NCBI GenBank assembly: GCA_965153455.1
Contig: OZ234493.1
Location: 32,850,213 to 32,914,212 of the forward strand
Direction of reading: 5' to 3'
Source: Sphagnum compactum
Lineage: Eukaryota
DNA length: 64,000 bases
The notes under the pieces were generated by a model. That model saw nothing but the letters and a program-made list of their open reading frames with translations, did no database searches and was not told where the DNA came from. The position numbers and the translations under genes are program-made. Positions within the stretch are counted from its first letter, which is position 1. Each line of letters opens with the position of its first letter. Below, piece after piece: positions 50,881 through 64,000 of the stretch.

Positions 50881-51912
50881 GGCTGCTGCAGAGGAGATTC
50901 TTTCCTCCTGTTTTTTTTCCTCACAGGAGCTGCTGTTGCTGCTGCTAAGTTTTGCAAAAGCTCAAGACATAAGAAGCCCGAAACCTTGCAATCCTATCAT
51001 CGTCATCTTCTGCTTCTTCTTGTACTAGTTTGGGTTCCCTAATTGCAAAGAGGGAGGATGGGACTCAGCTTACAGATTGTGTGAGATTTGCATCTTCATT
51101 TTTCTTTCTGCTTTGGGTGTCCCTACAATTTGCCAGGAATTGAAGAGGGAAGTAACAAGTAACCATCTTGTGATGATCTTCTTCTTCTTATACTTTGGGT
51201 CCTAATCCAAAGGGAGTTTGGAGAGTGGAACTCAGCTTGTGTTATCTTAAGTCATAACCAATTTTTTTACTGTAGAGGTCAGAAGCTTTTGAGAAGGTAC
51301 CTGTGATGGAGAAGTACAAAAGCCATGGTACTTATGTTTTGGCTAAACCTAAAACATCTCCCATCTCCATGACTGACTTATTGCAAGCGGTCCGTTTTTG
51401 ATATGGAAAATATCACCGATCTAATACAAGTGATCCATTTATAACATGGATAGGTTTTGACATCTAATTTGAGCTAACTTGATGCCATGTAAATTTTTCC
51501 TTTTCTTTTTATTTATTCATTTCTACATTTTCCTAATCTACGGTGTGTCTATCAATAAAGTTTTGCAGGGTTGCACCTAAAACAGATGGGCATTCTTGCT
51601 GTAGGTGTTTGAGAGAGAGAGAGAGAGAGAGAGAAAATACAACACAAAATACAAAATCTCTACCTATTCAAATCGCTTGGAAGGGAAGAAATATTATATA
51701 TAATAAAGTGGGGCGAGAGCGGCCAGTTTTGGCATAATAGGGCATCAAACTTGTAACTAAGAATCAAAGTTTTACAAAGTGAAATAACTGGGACCCAAAC
51801 TAGTTTTTCCAACAAATTTGGTGATAAATTGAGTTTCATGCTGTCTTTCCTTTTTCCTAAGCGCCTCCACAGCTCCTTCATATATGTTGACTGCTCCTCC
51901 CTGTACAACTGC

Positions 51913-52240
51913 CACTGTAGTACCTGAATGATTTTTGCATAATTTATATTATTTTTTGTTTTGTTGAATTCTTGAAAAATTAATTATTATTTGTGCCCAA
52001 ATTTTTATAACCTGTTATTTTGAACTGTCAGGTTTGAACTGCAGACCTTAAAGTTCAAAAACTTAAGACTGAGACAGTCTTGACAAAGTAGACTCTCCCA
52101 TCAACTTAAAAGCATGTGTTTATTATTTTTTAATATTCATTACCTGCCTAAAATTTCAGAATTAAAAAACCAATTTCCAAAATTAAAAATTAAAAAATTG
52201 TTCGACAGTTTATTGTCGAATCTGATCAGGGAGTACAATA
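51913..52240. mobile_element. MITE-like insertion interrupting the duplicated upstream block
   Basis: Absent from the paralogous 27.8-kb copy; imperfect TIRs CTGTAGTACCTGA / TCAGGGAGTACAA. Confidence 0.5.
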
Positions 52241-54239
52241 TAATTATTCTTGAACCTTGTGCATTAAATGCTGAGTTTAATATAAAATTTCCTTACTTTG
52301 CGGATACCACTCAAAGAGAGGATAGGGGGTGAAAGCAGGCCCAAAGACAGGGTGACTTCAGGAGTAACTCTAGTATATATGTATTCAGATTATGTATTTT
52401 AAATGAAAAAAGAAGAAGATTTGCAATTGAGACATTGTATTAGGCCTAATTTGGGTTTCCAATTCTAAGATTCACCCATGTGCCCAAGTCTATAAAATCT
52501 ACTGTGTGTAGGTCCCACAACTCTCTTTTTATTTCCTCACTTCTTTCCCAGTGCATAGAAAAGAAATATTTCCATGGGAACATGTGAACATATAAAATTG
52601 GGGAAGCTCCCCTAGCATAATGCCCTAGAGTTGTGCGGGGGGAAATACCTGAAAATACACATAGAGATAGAAAGGGAGTTGTTTACTTTTCAGGGTTGCA
52701 ATTCAAGGCCAAAGGATATTCAAGAATGTGTTTGGAAACTCAAATCCCTAAAAACCCTGTGCTGTTTGAACTTTGTTGTAATTTAGGTAATTTTGGCTCA
52801 TTGTGACTTGTGAACTTGGGGGGGGGGGGGGGGGGGGGAGAGGGGCCGGGAGGCTGAAATGAACTATACGGCCTTCAATAAAGCTCCTTACCCTATACAA
52901 ATTGCATTTTGGAGTGTTTTTGGGAAAAGGACTTCCTGAATGTGGCCATACCAGCTTTAGAATATATCAAAAAGGGCTAGCGTGGGGGGGCGAGGTTGGC
53001 TGCTAGTGAGGTGGGTATGGTTTCAATGTCCCAATGAAGTCCCCATGCATGATCTTTTAAAGTGTAGGGTAAGCTTGGGCCCGTGGGCTTTAGGAGCAAA
53101 ATCACCTGCTCTTATTGTTTTCTTGACGGGGAAAAGAGAAAAATGCATGGCATTTCAAAAAGCCAAATGCTCACCTAAGCAAGCACTACATTTCTTGAGA
53201 CATCCCGGTGGAGGAAAAATACACTATGTAAGGTAGCCTCCAATCACACCAAGAAAATTGGAGCAGGTCTTTTGGAGATCATTTAATATCGTGTGGGGAA
53301 ATATATTATGGAATTTGAGGATTTTGCTTGTTTTGGACAGACCAAGGGTGGATATAGCTCAAGGCTAGATCTAAGGGCTATTTCTTTGGCAGGATAACCA
53401 CCCTGATCTGAAGTCAACCCCGCTCAAAAATTTCAGATACAGAGGGGGCTCTTCTGCCTTTCCGCCACACAAGCCTGCCTTGCGCGAACCAGCACGTACA
53501 CTGATATCATGGTAAAATCCCCAAATGTTTTTGGATTGCTTATAAAACATGATAAAGATCCCATCCTAAGACCCAAAAAAAATTTCAGGGCTTTGGGTCC
53601 AAATTTAACATTATATATAATAAAGGACGTCATGAAGCTTCCCCTTAATTCGTCCCGTCATCCAACCGGACGGACATTTCATTCATCCCGTCATCCGTCT
53701 ATTTAAGCCGGACGAATATTTCATGCATCCCGTCAATTACTGGTTGAACATTTCATCCATCCATCACTTAAAAATATAGCTGATAAGAGGCCTCATTTGG
53801 AAATTGAAAAATGTGAAGCTACGAGTGTAGGTACGGGTTCAAGGTGGCCCCACTGTTGATAAGCCCAAAACTGATCAACACAGATTCAAGATTTGTTGGT
53901 TTTTCCGGAAATGAAACAGGAAGAACAGGCCAGGAGGAAGAATCGGGCTTTCCCCCTCCCCCCTTGCATGTGGGAAACAAATGGTTATTTTACACATGTC
54001 TTAAGCCGCCATGGGCAGTCAACCGGATGCACCTCTTTGTAGGCCCAACCAAGGTGATGAGGTGGTTGGGCGGCTTAGGCACTTTTGTGCCAAATAATTT
54101 AATATATTTTTTAATTTTTATTTTTGGTATGTGAATTTTTAATTTTGAAATTTTCACAGGTAAGGAATATGATTACTAAAAGCATTATACTCATCTCAAA
54201 GTTTCAATGTTGCGTTTGTCATTAGATGCTTCACAATTA

Positions 54240-54437
54240 CCATAGTACCTTGGCCAATTCGACACTAATTATATTATTTTCAGAATTGTTGAAATTTTCA
54301 AAAGTTATTTCGACCAAATCAGGAAATATTGTGAAAGATAATCCTGAATATTAAGGAATATTTCATTTGTTGAAATGAATTTTTCAAAATTAATTATTAT
54401 TTGATAGACGTGTGTTGAAATGGCCAAGGTACTACGG
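54240..54437. mobile_element. Tc1/mariner-type MITE
   Basis: 26-bp TIRs CCATAGTACCTTGGCCAATTCGACAC / GTGTTGAAATGGCCAAGGTACTACGG (3 mismatches), with TA on both flanks. Confidence 0.85.
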
Positions 54438-57400
54438 TAGTATGTTTGAGTGAACTAGGGTAAGGTTTGAATCTGCCAAGGTTTCAAATCTGATTATTTT
54501 CAAATGCTACTTTTAATGATTTTGATTGCAACAAAGAGCTGACATTTTTTTTTTTCAAAAATTGAAAAATAAAAAATAATTTAATTTATGCCAAAGTTGC
54601 CTGTGTACTATGATATGTTGAAATTTGAAGAATTCCTTAATATGATTTTTTAAATTTTAGCAGTACTCCAAAGTATGCTTCAAGATCTCATGACGAAGGT
54701 GCACAATGCACATGTTTAGTGATTTTGGAATACATATTTTGGAGTTCAGGGGTGACATTGCTAATGCGTCAATGATATGGCCAACTCTAAGTGCAAAGGC
54801 ACCTTAAGTGGAGGTCAAAGGTTGCAGAATGGTGTTTCACAAAATTTTACTTGGATGGGCCATGTTAAGGACAACAGATGAGGATTTGAATTCAGGCTCC
54901 ATGGTACGTAGTTGGGTTAAGGTATTTGCAACAACATTTTAAAAAAAAATCAACAATGAGAACACACCTCACAAATGTGAATGTTAGCCACAACTTAAGG
55001 AAATTTGGAGGCACCAAGGCTTTTATTTGTGAGGGAATGGATGGAAGGATTGGCTTTATGATAGCAACCATGTAATTATGATGGTAAAACAAATTTGATT
55101 CAAACATTTGTCATCATTATCTTATAGTCCCTCTTGAGATATTTTCAAGACCATGTCACGTTTTGTAAGCAAATATGATTTGGCCATCCAAATTGCACTA
55201 TGACTAACCATGAGTTGCTTTGGCATTGTTTGTCTCAACCATCAAACGCCCCATGATTATGAGAAACACCTTTGTTTCGGCAATGCAAGTCTAGTATCTA
55301 CAAGCTTTCATTAAGATCTTTTCAATAGGTATACCAAAGTCATCCAATTTGCACATATTTTGACCTCTCAAACCTAAATGTAACAAAACTACAACCTCAT
55401 GGGAGTCTCCACACCCAATATGAGATTGCAACTTGAGAAGCTTAGAGTAAATCCAATGATGCACTCAAAAATTTGTGTTAATGTTTGTCTCTCCCTCACC
55501 CATAATCAGTAAATATTGCACTGGACATATGCACTAAGGGAGCATTTATATGCTGTGCATGGGCTAATTGTTGTGGATGCCCAAGCAATAGCAATCAATG
55601 TGTGAACCCTCACCGGCCAACCAAAAGCATTCATTTTGTGTTTGCCAACCTTTTGAAACCTCCATTATCTGACCCCAATTTCCATGGATTATTACACTAA
55701 TATTGCAATTTCACAAAAAGTTGTGTCACATATTACACAAATGTCAAATGAATGTCAAATTACAATATTAGTGTAATATGTGCTTCAATAAACACCACAT
55801 GTTTGTGTTGGATGAAATCACAAGGTTTACATCTCACATATATTTCATGAGTGATGGACTAATGAGGTAGGAAAAACCACATTTTATTGTATTGCCCAAT
55901 TGCCCACATGGCAATCCTCAAATTATTTTCATTACACAATTCAGATAAAAATTGAAACCTATTGATTCAAATGGTGGTTTGGTGTCCACTTATCAAAAAC
56001 TATATTTTGAACACCCTTAGGTTTGGGGTCAGTGAGAAAGGCACAATCGTACATTGTATTGGTCTTGTCATGGGCAATTCTTGGAAAATAGAACATCACA
56101 AGAAATTTAAGGAAACATGACAAGTAACTTTTTCCATCATTAACATATTGAATTAGAATAAGCATTGGGAATTTCCAAATTTTTATAATGATATAATACA
56201 TATTAGGCTTTACACACATTTTTAGAATTTTAATTCACATAATTATTTTCACATATCAAAAAATTCTTTACAATTTGGCAAAGAAAACATAGTATAGTTT
56301 TTTACTTCAAATCTGACAATCTATTTGTTCAAACACATGAAGGTTGTACATCCAACTACTACATGTTATATTTTCATCTTCTACCTTTGCATATCTAGAA
56401 AGACATGGATAAAAAGAATCAGGTTGGATCACACAAATTGTTACAAATGAAAAGAAACAACACCCCGGTACAGTGCTTGTTAGGGGGTGTTTAGCGTCTT
56501 TCTTTCTAAAAGAAAGGTCACACAACGGTTGTGATATTCTCGATTAGAATCAAGCCCCTGAAATAGGGGGAAGACGCACAGTGGGTCATAGACTTAATTC
56601 TCCTCTCTACAGATCTTTTGGTCAAGGAGCTGAAAGACAACCCTTACCCAACACAGGGTTTGACAACTTGAAAAAACAAGATAATCAAGTTTGCTGCATC
56701 ATCGCTCAAGAAGCAGTTCCTTAGCTTTATGCTCAAGAGTCAGGATTCAAGCAACTCGTTGGACAAATGTATGGAGGCGAATGCCTAATGAACACCCACC
56801 CAAAAGAGTGGAGTGTTTGGACTCTGGAGAAGTCAGTCACTTCCTACAATTAGGTGAAGAGTTTGGAGTGCATTCCATACCCTTGGCTTGTTTAACCTTT
56901 TCTGCGGAGCAGCGCCACATTATTTTACTTGTGCCCTCTTGGATCAATTTGTCTTTACATGCTTCTTGGCCCACCACATTTGAAGCGGATTGCAATAGTC
57001 TGGGAGGAGAGGAGCAAAGGCCCAGCAAATGTGTGTCCTTTAGTTCCTTAGTTTTTTGTTTAAAATCAGGTATTTCCATGGATGGGTCCCTCCTCACTAT
57101 CATCAAATAGGACTTGGTGGCTGTTGGAGGAAAAAGGTTAGCACCCGGGAGGACTAGGGAGGAGCAAGAAACTGCAATGGAAATAGCAAGCTCAGAATTT
57201 CCTGACTACTTTCAGTGTTCCTATTGATAGATCCAGTCATTTGGTCATTGGGCTTGTGTGACCAGGCAAACGTAGATTTGGCCATCACTCATTGATGTGC
57301 TGGTCACAATAGCCGTGGCAGCTGCTGTCCATACCCCCATAGCCTTGTACCGTGGCGACCTCATGGAACTTATCATAAAAATCTAGCAATTTGGAATTTT

Positions 57401-59276
57401 TTTCCTTTGAAATCTGGTCAATTTTTTTAGCTAAAATTTTCATGAAAAATCCTTTGTATAGGTTGAAATCATATTTTTAAGTTTGAAAATTTTGCCAAAA
57501 AAAACACTTCATGGGTGTCGAGGAAGGTTGCCTTGGCTATTGGGGGAGGGACAAAGGCTCACATGGTTGTTGTGACCAGTGGGATTGCCAAAACCACGTT
57601 AGCGGAAGTGGATGTAGCACCCATGAATGCACCACCCTCATTTTCTGTTTTTGAGGCCATCCATCCAATTGGATGAACCCAAATTTTAGACCCCTCATTT
57701 AGGGGGGAGGTTAGCTGGGGAACAAGAACCCAATGAAAAAAAGGTGTCCTGTCCATGCACCATCCATCCCCGGAGTTGTGTTTGTGGGTGCTGGATCACT
57801 CTGGCAGGCTCATTGGTACCTTTCCAAACAAATAACAAGTAATTCATCATCTATTTAGTTTTTTCAAAGATCACCAAAATTTCAAGGTAAAATTGTATAT
57901 ATATATATATATATATAGAGATATTTTAGAGTACCTTAATTTCTTATTCATTTTTAGTTGACAACAACAAATTCTGGGTAAGCAAGTATGTGTGGGCTAC
58001 TACAAGAGAAAAATAGGTATAAGCTTTTCAGTTGACCCCTACCAATGGCTTTCTTTGCAATGGACTTGTCCATTTGTGTGGGAAAAAAAGAGAAAGAAGG
58101 TTTGGAACTTGCCAACAAGGCTTATATTCTCTGGATTGCAGCAGCTCAAACTTGCTTTTCTTACTTCAATCCTGTGTATATATTTTCAGGGACATTTTTC
58201 CAAATGAAGTTTTTTTTTTTTTTTTTTTTTTTTTCCCCTTTCAAATTGGCAAAAAAAATAGTGTATTTTGAGTTTTTCAGTTGTCAAATTTCGAAAAAAT
58301 ATAATTAAATTTTTTGCCAGAGTCTATCCTAAGTTATATTCCAGTGATGATGATTTCATTGGAGTTGGTTTAGGTGGGATGGGCTATAAGTCATAGGTTG
58401 TACAAAAAGACAATTCCAAACTACAAATTTATTAGAAGTTGATTCCAAACTGGAATTTATTTTTAAAAAAAACATTTTACAAGTTGTAATGTTTCAAAAT
58501 GTCCTTATAGATCCTAAGGTATTGAAAGAGAAACAAATATCTTAATTTTTTTCAATGTCTTTTGGAATCTTTGTGTCTTTTCATTTTTCTATAAAAATCT
58601 TTGTCTTTCCAATTTCATACACATGTTTACATGTAATTTCATAAAAATGTAAGTATGTGTTATTTCATTTGAATATGTTGAGATTATTTCAAGATATTAA
58701 CATGTTTTCTTTTTGGAAGTTTCTAATAAAAACTTCTCCTTTAAATACCTAATTCAAAGATTTAATCCCCACTTGCTTAGTTGATTTAATGTTTATCCAC
58801 CCTAATTGGTTCCAAAATTTCAATGAATTAAAAATAGGGGTGGCTGATTAAATCTCCCCTTGGATGAAAATTGGGTAGTCTTTTTTTTTTGTACAATTTG
58901 AATCCTATGTATATTTGAAAATAACAAAGTTTTCAAATGTAAACCCTTATTTCTTTTTTGTCATTTCATAATCATTGGTAGTGTAAAGCCCAAGTTAGGT
59001 AGCCAAAAATATAGAAGGATGCTAGATTTGTTTTTACTTCCATATTTTTTTATTGTCAAAACTGGCTAAATTGTCTTATGGATTATCACCCAATCTAAGA
59101 GAATTGAAAAGTTAGGCAACACTATAAACTACTCTTCTTGTTCAAAGCATTCTACTAGACAAAAAGACATGGTAAAAAAGACATGGAATGAACACAAGAT
59201 GCATACACTCCACAACCTTTGACGTGCATCAAACTTTCCTCGTAATACCTTTTCACAACCCTTCATGTGCATCTAA

Positions 59277-59493
59277 TGGCGCATTCACACTTGATGTTAA
59301 ATCAATGTTAAATGAAAATCTAGCTGGTAGGCATCCTAGGTGGCACCCAATGTTAAATGGGCAATAGCTTAATGTTAAGTGAATGTTAGTTTAACATAAA
59401 ATTTTCATGACAAATAAGTTTATGTCTTAAATGATTAGTATGGTGTTAATAGACTTAACACTAAAGTCCTTAACACCAAGTGTGAATGCACTT
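59277..59493. mobile_element. PIF/Harbinger-type MITE
   Basis: TIRs GCATTCACACTTGATGTTAA / TTAACACCAAGTGTGAATGC, with TAA on both flanks. Confidence 0.8.
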
Positions 59494-60158
59494 TAACTAT
59501 TTTTGTTGTACCTTTTCAGGTTCGGTGATAATTACATATTTTTAAAATGTCAATTTTTTATTTTTTATTTCCAAAATGCCAAAAGTTAAAAGAAATTATT
59601 TGCTTGTGGGTGCTGAATTTTTGTTTTGGGAACTACCTAATTTTGGGAAAGTGTGATGGATTTGGTGGCAGAGACAAAGAAGTTGGCGAAGAGTGACTTT
59701 GTGAGTAGAAATCATTATCTACTTTCTTCCTTGTTTTGCTTTGAAATCTTGAGTCACAAATTGAGATCAAATATCTTTTTCAGAGATGTCACAGTGAAAG
59801 CTAAACACTCAAACCGCTAGACTATGATTCAATGTTGGTTTGGTATCAACTTTTTGACATATTAGCTTGTTAGAAGAGTATTGGTACTATAATTTTTTTC
59901 AAAGTTATATATCCTTTTGATATCAATAACCCATGGTTTGCAATTTCATGGTGCAATCGTGTAATCTAAATTTGACTAGTGTTATACTAGTAGGTATATA
60001 AAGTGAACTCTGGCATTGATTCAATATCCTTGTGAATGCAAAATTTCTAAATGCCATGCAACACAAGTATGATATGAATGACCAACACAAGTACATTACA
60101 AAGGCCAAGTTGTAGATTGTAGCCATTGAAACGTTGAAAAAATCAAATAGCATGACAA

Positions 60159-60642
60159 AATAATCATTGCAAATGCAAATTGAAAACCAAATGAAAGCAC
60201 ATTTGTCTTATTGGAATTGTCGAAAAAACGATAAGCATGTTAGAATAATCACTGCAAATGCAAATTGTGAACCAAATGAAAGCACATTTGCCTTATTGCA
60301 AATGTCGAAAAAATTGATAAGCATGTTAGAATAATCATTACAAATGCAAATTGAGAACCAAATGAAAGCACATTTGCCTTATTGCAAATGTCGAAAAAAC
60401 TGATAAGCATGTTAGAATAATCATTACAAATGCAAATTGAGAACCAAATGAAAGCACATTTGCCTTATTGCAAATGTCGAAAAAATTGATAAGCATGTTA
60501 GAATAATCATTACAAATGCAAATTGAGAACCAAATGAAAGCACATTTGCCTTATTGCAAATGTCGAAAAAATTGATAAGCATGTTAGAATAATCATTACA
60601 AATGCAAATTGAGAACCAAATGAAAGCACATTTGCCTTATTG
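60159..60642 (+). repeat. Near-perfect tandem repeat, 86-bp unit x~5.6
   Basis: AATAATC starts at 60159, 60244, 60330, 60416, 60502 and 60588. Confidence 0.95.
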
Positions 60643-63600
60643 TTCACGATCACACACATACATAAGCAAGAAAATAACCCACATTCATTTCCAAAATGGT
60701 TAATGCATTGAAATTAGTTAGACGAGGGTGCCACAAAACAAAAAGTGTCATACCCTAGTTGAAAGGTTGCCATTGCTCTCAACTTTCAACATCAAGACAC
60801 AAAAATCATGCAAGTGTGTGAAGCAAAGATTGATGCCAAGGGAGATGGCTACACAAAACCCCTCAAGATTGGTATGCGTTTTAGCATTTAAATTAGTGTT
60901 GGGTGGTTTTCTATTTGTTGTCAACCTTGGTAGTGTGGGTTTTGAAGGATCCTTTTAAAAATTGTTGGTGGTGAATTAAGAGTTCAATGGTGACCTCCAT
61001 TAAGCACTTGGATTAGAGTCCAAGTCTAAGGGGTTGAATAAAAAAACTTGGATTTCAATCACATACAATTTACACATTGCAACCAAATTTCCAATTCAAA
61101 TTTTAAGAACTATTAAGACACTTTTAAAAAAAAAACACATATATTTAAGAATAGATAATGCTATTTTGTAATGAGCACTTTTGTACACCTAGTGCCCATT
61201 ACGAACTCAAATTGCATAACATGGGTCCAAAATGTAATGGGTATCATCCATCTTTTTTGAGCAAAAGATAAATTAGGCCAAACATAGACAAGGAAAAGAA
61301 GAAATAGGTAGTATTTTTGTACTACATGCAATAACAACTATGTGCACATATATATGGGGCATTACTAAATTTATTAACTTGATTAGTTGGGTTCATTCAT
61401 GGTTGGGGTTTAAAAAAAAGCCTCCACAACTTTTCTAAGGTTATATTTTACTAATAACATTTAAATGAAATAAATTTGGATAAGAAAAATTGAATAATCC
61501 AAGATAAGATAATTGATGTGGTGGTGGTGATTTTTCACATGTGTACATAAATTTGTGCATCAATTTTTTGGTTTACAAGTAAAAATATATAAACTGTTTA
61601 AATGAATTTTTATAAATAACCAAAAAAAAAAATTTGCATAATTTTTTTTTGCACATGTGACTTGCACCTGAAGCTAAAATGTTTGAGCTTAATGAATATA
61701 AACAATTGGCCAAATGGTAAACAAAAAAGGTCCTTTCCTCTGGAGACTGTTGGTTTAAAATTTCATGTTTTTGAAATTTTGATATGAATTGTTGTTTCAT
61801 TCTTTTTAATTATTTTATAACAAAAATATAGTTAAAAAAATTGATATATTTAGTTAAAAGACATTTACATAATATTCAAATCAATTTAAAATATTTTTTA
61901 TTAACTTAACAAGACTTGATTTTATTTATTGGCATACAACAATCTAATACAATTGTTATCATTTAAATAATACAAAATTATATAATTGAACTCTAAAATC
62001 GTATTAAAGTTAAATGTTCATTTTTGGAACCCCAGTTTTGAATGAACATAATTATGACTCTTTGATTATTCTAGCAATTGAACCACAAGAACAATCAATC
62101 TTCCACACCATGGCCCATGTTTTATTTATAAATATTTTCACAATATTATGGGTGTGGTTGGGTTTCCCCTTGTTTGTGAAAAGGCAGCTGGATTTCTCCC
62201 ATGGTTATTATTTTTGGATGGCTCATTGGTTTGGATCCATAAACCCTTGTAAAGACCTTGGTAAAGCTTAGGTGGCATTTAGAAAACCACCCAACATTGA
62301 TCTAAACCTTACATTTTGGTTAGTCATTGTTATTAGATTTTTGCAAAACACATACTAGTGGTATATTAGTATTGGCCCAATACCAATTTGGAAAAATACT
62401 AAGCTAGTCAAGTTTTTAATAATATTGTTGATATCGTTATTGATATTAAGGGTCATCATATATATTGGACCAACCTTATTATAAAATTTATACATTTGTT
62501 GAAATTCATGTATAAATTATGATCACGCAAATGAACATGCCATGACAAAGTTGTGAGAAAAAATTTCAAATTGATGGCAATAGATATTTACAAGATTAAC
62601 TTGGGTTGTTAGTTATCACAACTTGTGTTATTCAAATTATATTATAAAGGCCATTGTAATTTTATGGGCTAGTTTTTGGTGATTCTTAAATTTTCTATTG
62701 TATTGCTTACCGTTCCTCTTTTGCACAATGATTAAAGTTTGAGGGTTTTATTGCAAAAGGATTTTGAGGTGGGTTTGGAGAGGGAAATAATGCTTTATGA
62801 TCTAAGCTTAGGGGTTGAGGGAGTGGAGATTCATTTGAGGAGGGCTCAACCGAATGGTGCATTCAAGTTTTCAACATCTTGTGCATTGACAAGCCACTTT
62901 TTAAACGTTTCCATGTCCAAGGGTGTTAAAAAATCTTGGTCAAGAATTATATGTACTAGCGTGAACAATATCATGTAACCATAACTTGTGTGTCTACATT
63001 AAAAATCCATAGGCTAACCAAATGGGTGGTTTCACAAAGAACAATGAACTACTTAGCTATGCACCAACACCTATTTGTAAGAAAAGATTGATGGTATCTT
63101 CCCATTCTACAACTAGTTTTTATTACTATGCATGTAATAATCCATGCACAATTATCATTATGTCATGAAAAATATTATTTCAACTTCCTTAGCAACAATC
63201 CTCAACGATGGGGGATTCATCATACTTACATGAGGGTAAGCAAAGGGCTTTGTAATCATGAACCTTGGTGGCAACCCATGAAATGAATTGGCTTTAAATG
63301 CCTACATATAATTCAAAGTGCCCACATCTTGTTGGACTATAATGTCATATGAGATCTTTGATATTTCCCATTGTTGATTCTCCTCATCATATTTGTCAAA
63401 GCTACTCTCTTTATCATCATCAACTTCATCACCTAACTTGGATTCCATCATTGTTTTTTCAGTGGTAAGTTGATGTTGTGCAAACTTGACTACATTTTAT
63501 TACACTTGTTCAAGTGTGGTCACCATTATCCATAGTTATATTTGCATGCCATTAATGTACACCACTTTTGGCATGATAAACAATGTGTTTTTTTTTTCAA

Positions 63601-64000
63601 AAAAATTGACCAAGATCCCCATGGTTTCTCCTCCTTCACAATTTATAGGAATTGAGAAATACACCAAGGTGATGAATTAATCAGGATGTATTGGTCTCAC
63701 ATAAGATTTTGGTATATCATGTTATTTGAAAGTGTATATGTACAATGGGCAAATATAGAGATCTCACAAGTTCTTTCAAATGATCTTTTATTCTCTTTCA
63801 TAAAATAGATCAAGGATTAGATTTGAAATTAGTTCCTCATTGTGAGATATCACAATTGAAGTGAAAACCTTAATCATGAAAAGAGTACATGGTTAGTGCA
63901 ACATGAAAAAAATCACCTTTAAATATGCATGGAGGGTTTGTCTACTAATTCTATTTACTCATTTCAAATCAATTCTTTTGCCTTAAATTAGTTTGCTAAT

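Noticed and set aside
56560-57780. Protein-coding gene or LINE ORF1 remnant
   Set aside because: Short interrupted ORFs with no recognisable motif or consistent splice structure.
60159-60642. CRISPR-like array
   Set aside because: Whole units are repeated with no unique spacers, there are no cas genes, and the context is eukaryotic.

Overview
AT-rich, repeat-rich eukaryotic nuclear DNA with GT-AG introns. It is a land plant, most likely a bryophyte (Sphagnum-like moss; inferred from gene and repeat style only). Three protein-coding genes are supported. (1) A CFL1-like WW-domain gene on the minus strand, running off the left edge. (2) A 4-exon PLAC8/Cell Number Regulator 6-like gene (42672-45709, +). 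(3) A single-exon 886-aa low-complexity orphan ORF with a C-terminal 17-18-aa tandem repeat (48220-50880, -). The rest is mostly decayed transposons: Ty1/copia RT, pogo-like DDE transposase, hAT-like fragments, Tourist and Tc1/mariner-type MITEs, a 4-copy ~320-bp family with Helentron/HINE-like ends, and tandem repeats. The most interesting signal is three diverged copies of a Penelope-like retroelement (two with candidate target-site duplications). All three share a ~200-nt non-coding module with compensatory base changes, a multi-stem junction, a likely pseudoknot and (intact in two copies) a CUGAUGA motif; it does not fold into a canonical hammerhead by eye and is a candidate undescribed structured RNA/ribozyme. 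Two candidate unannotated spliced transcripts and a duplicated promoter-like block were also seen. All alignments and folds were done by eye.
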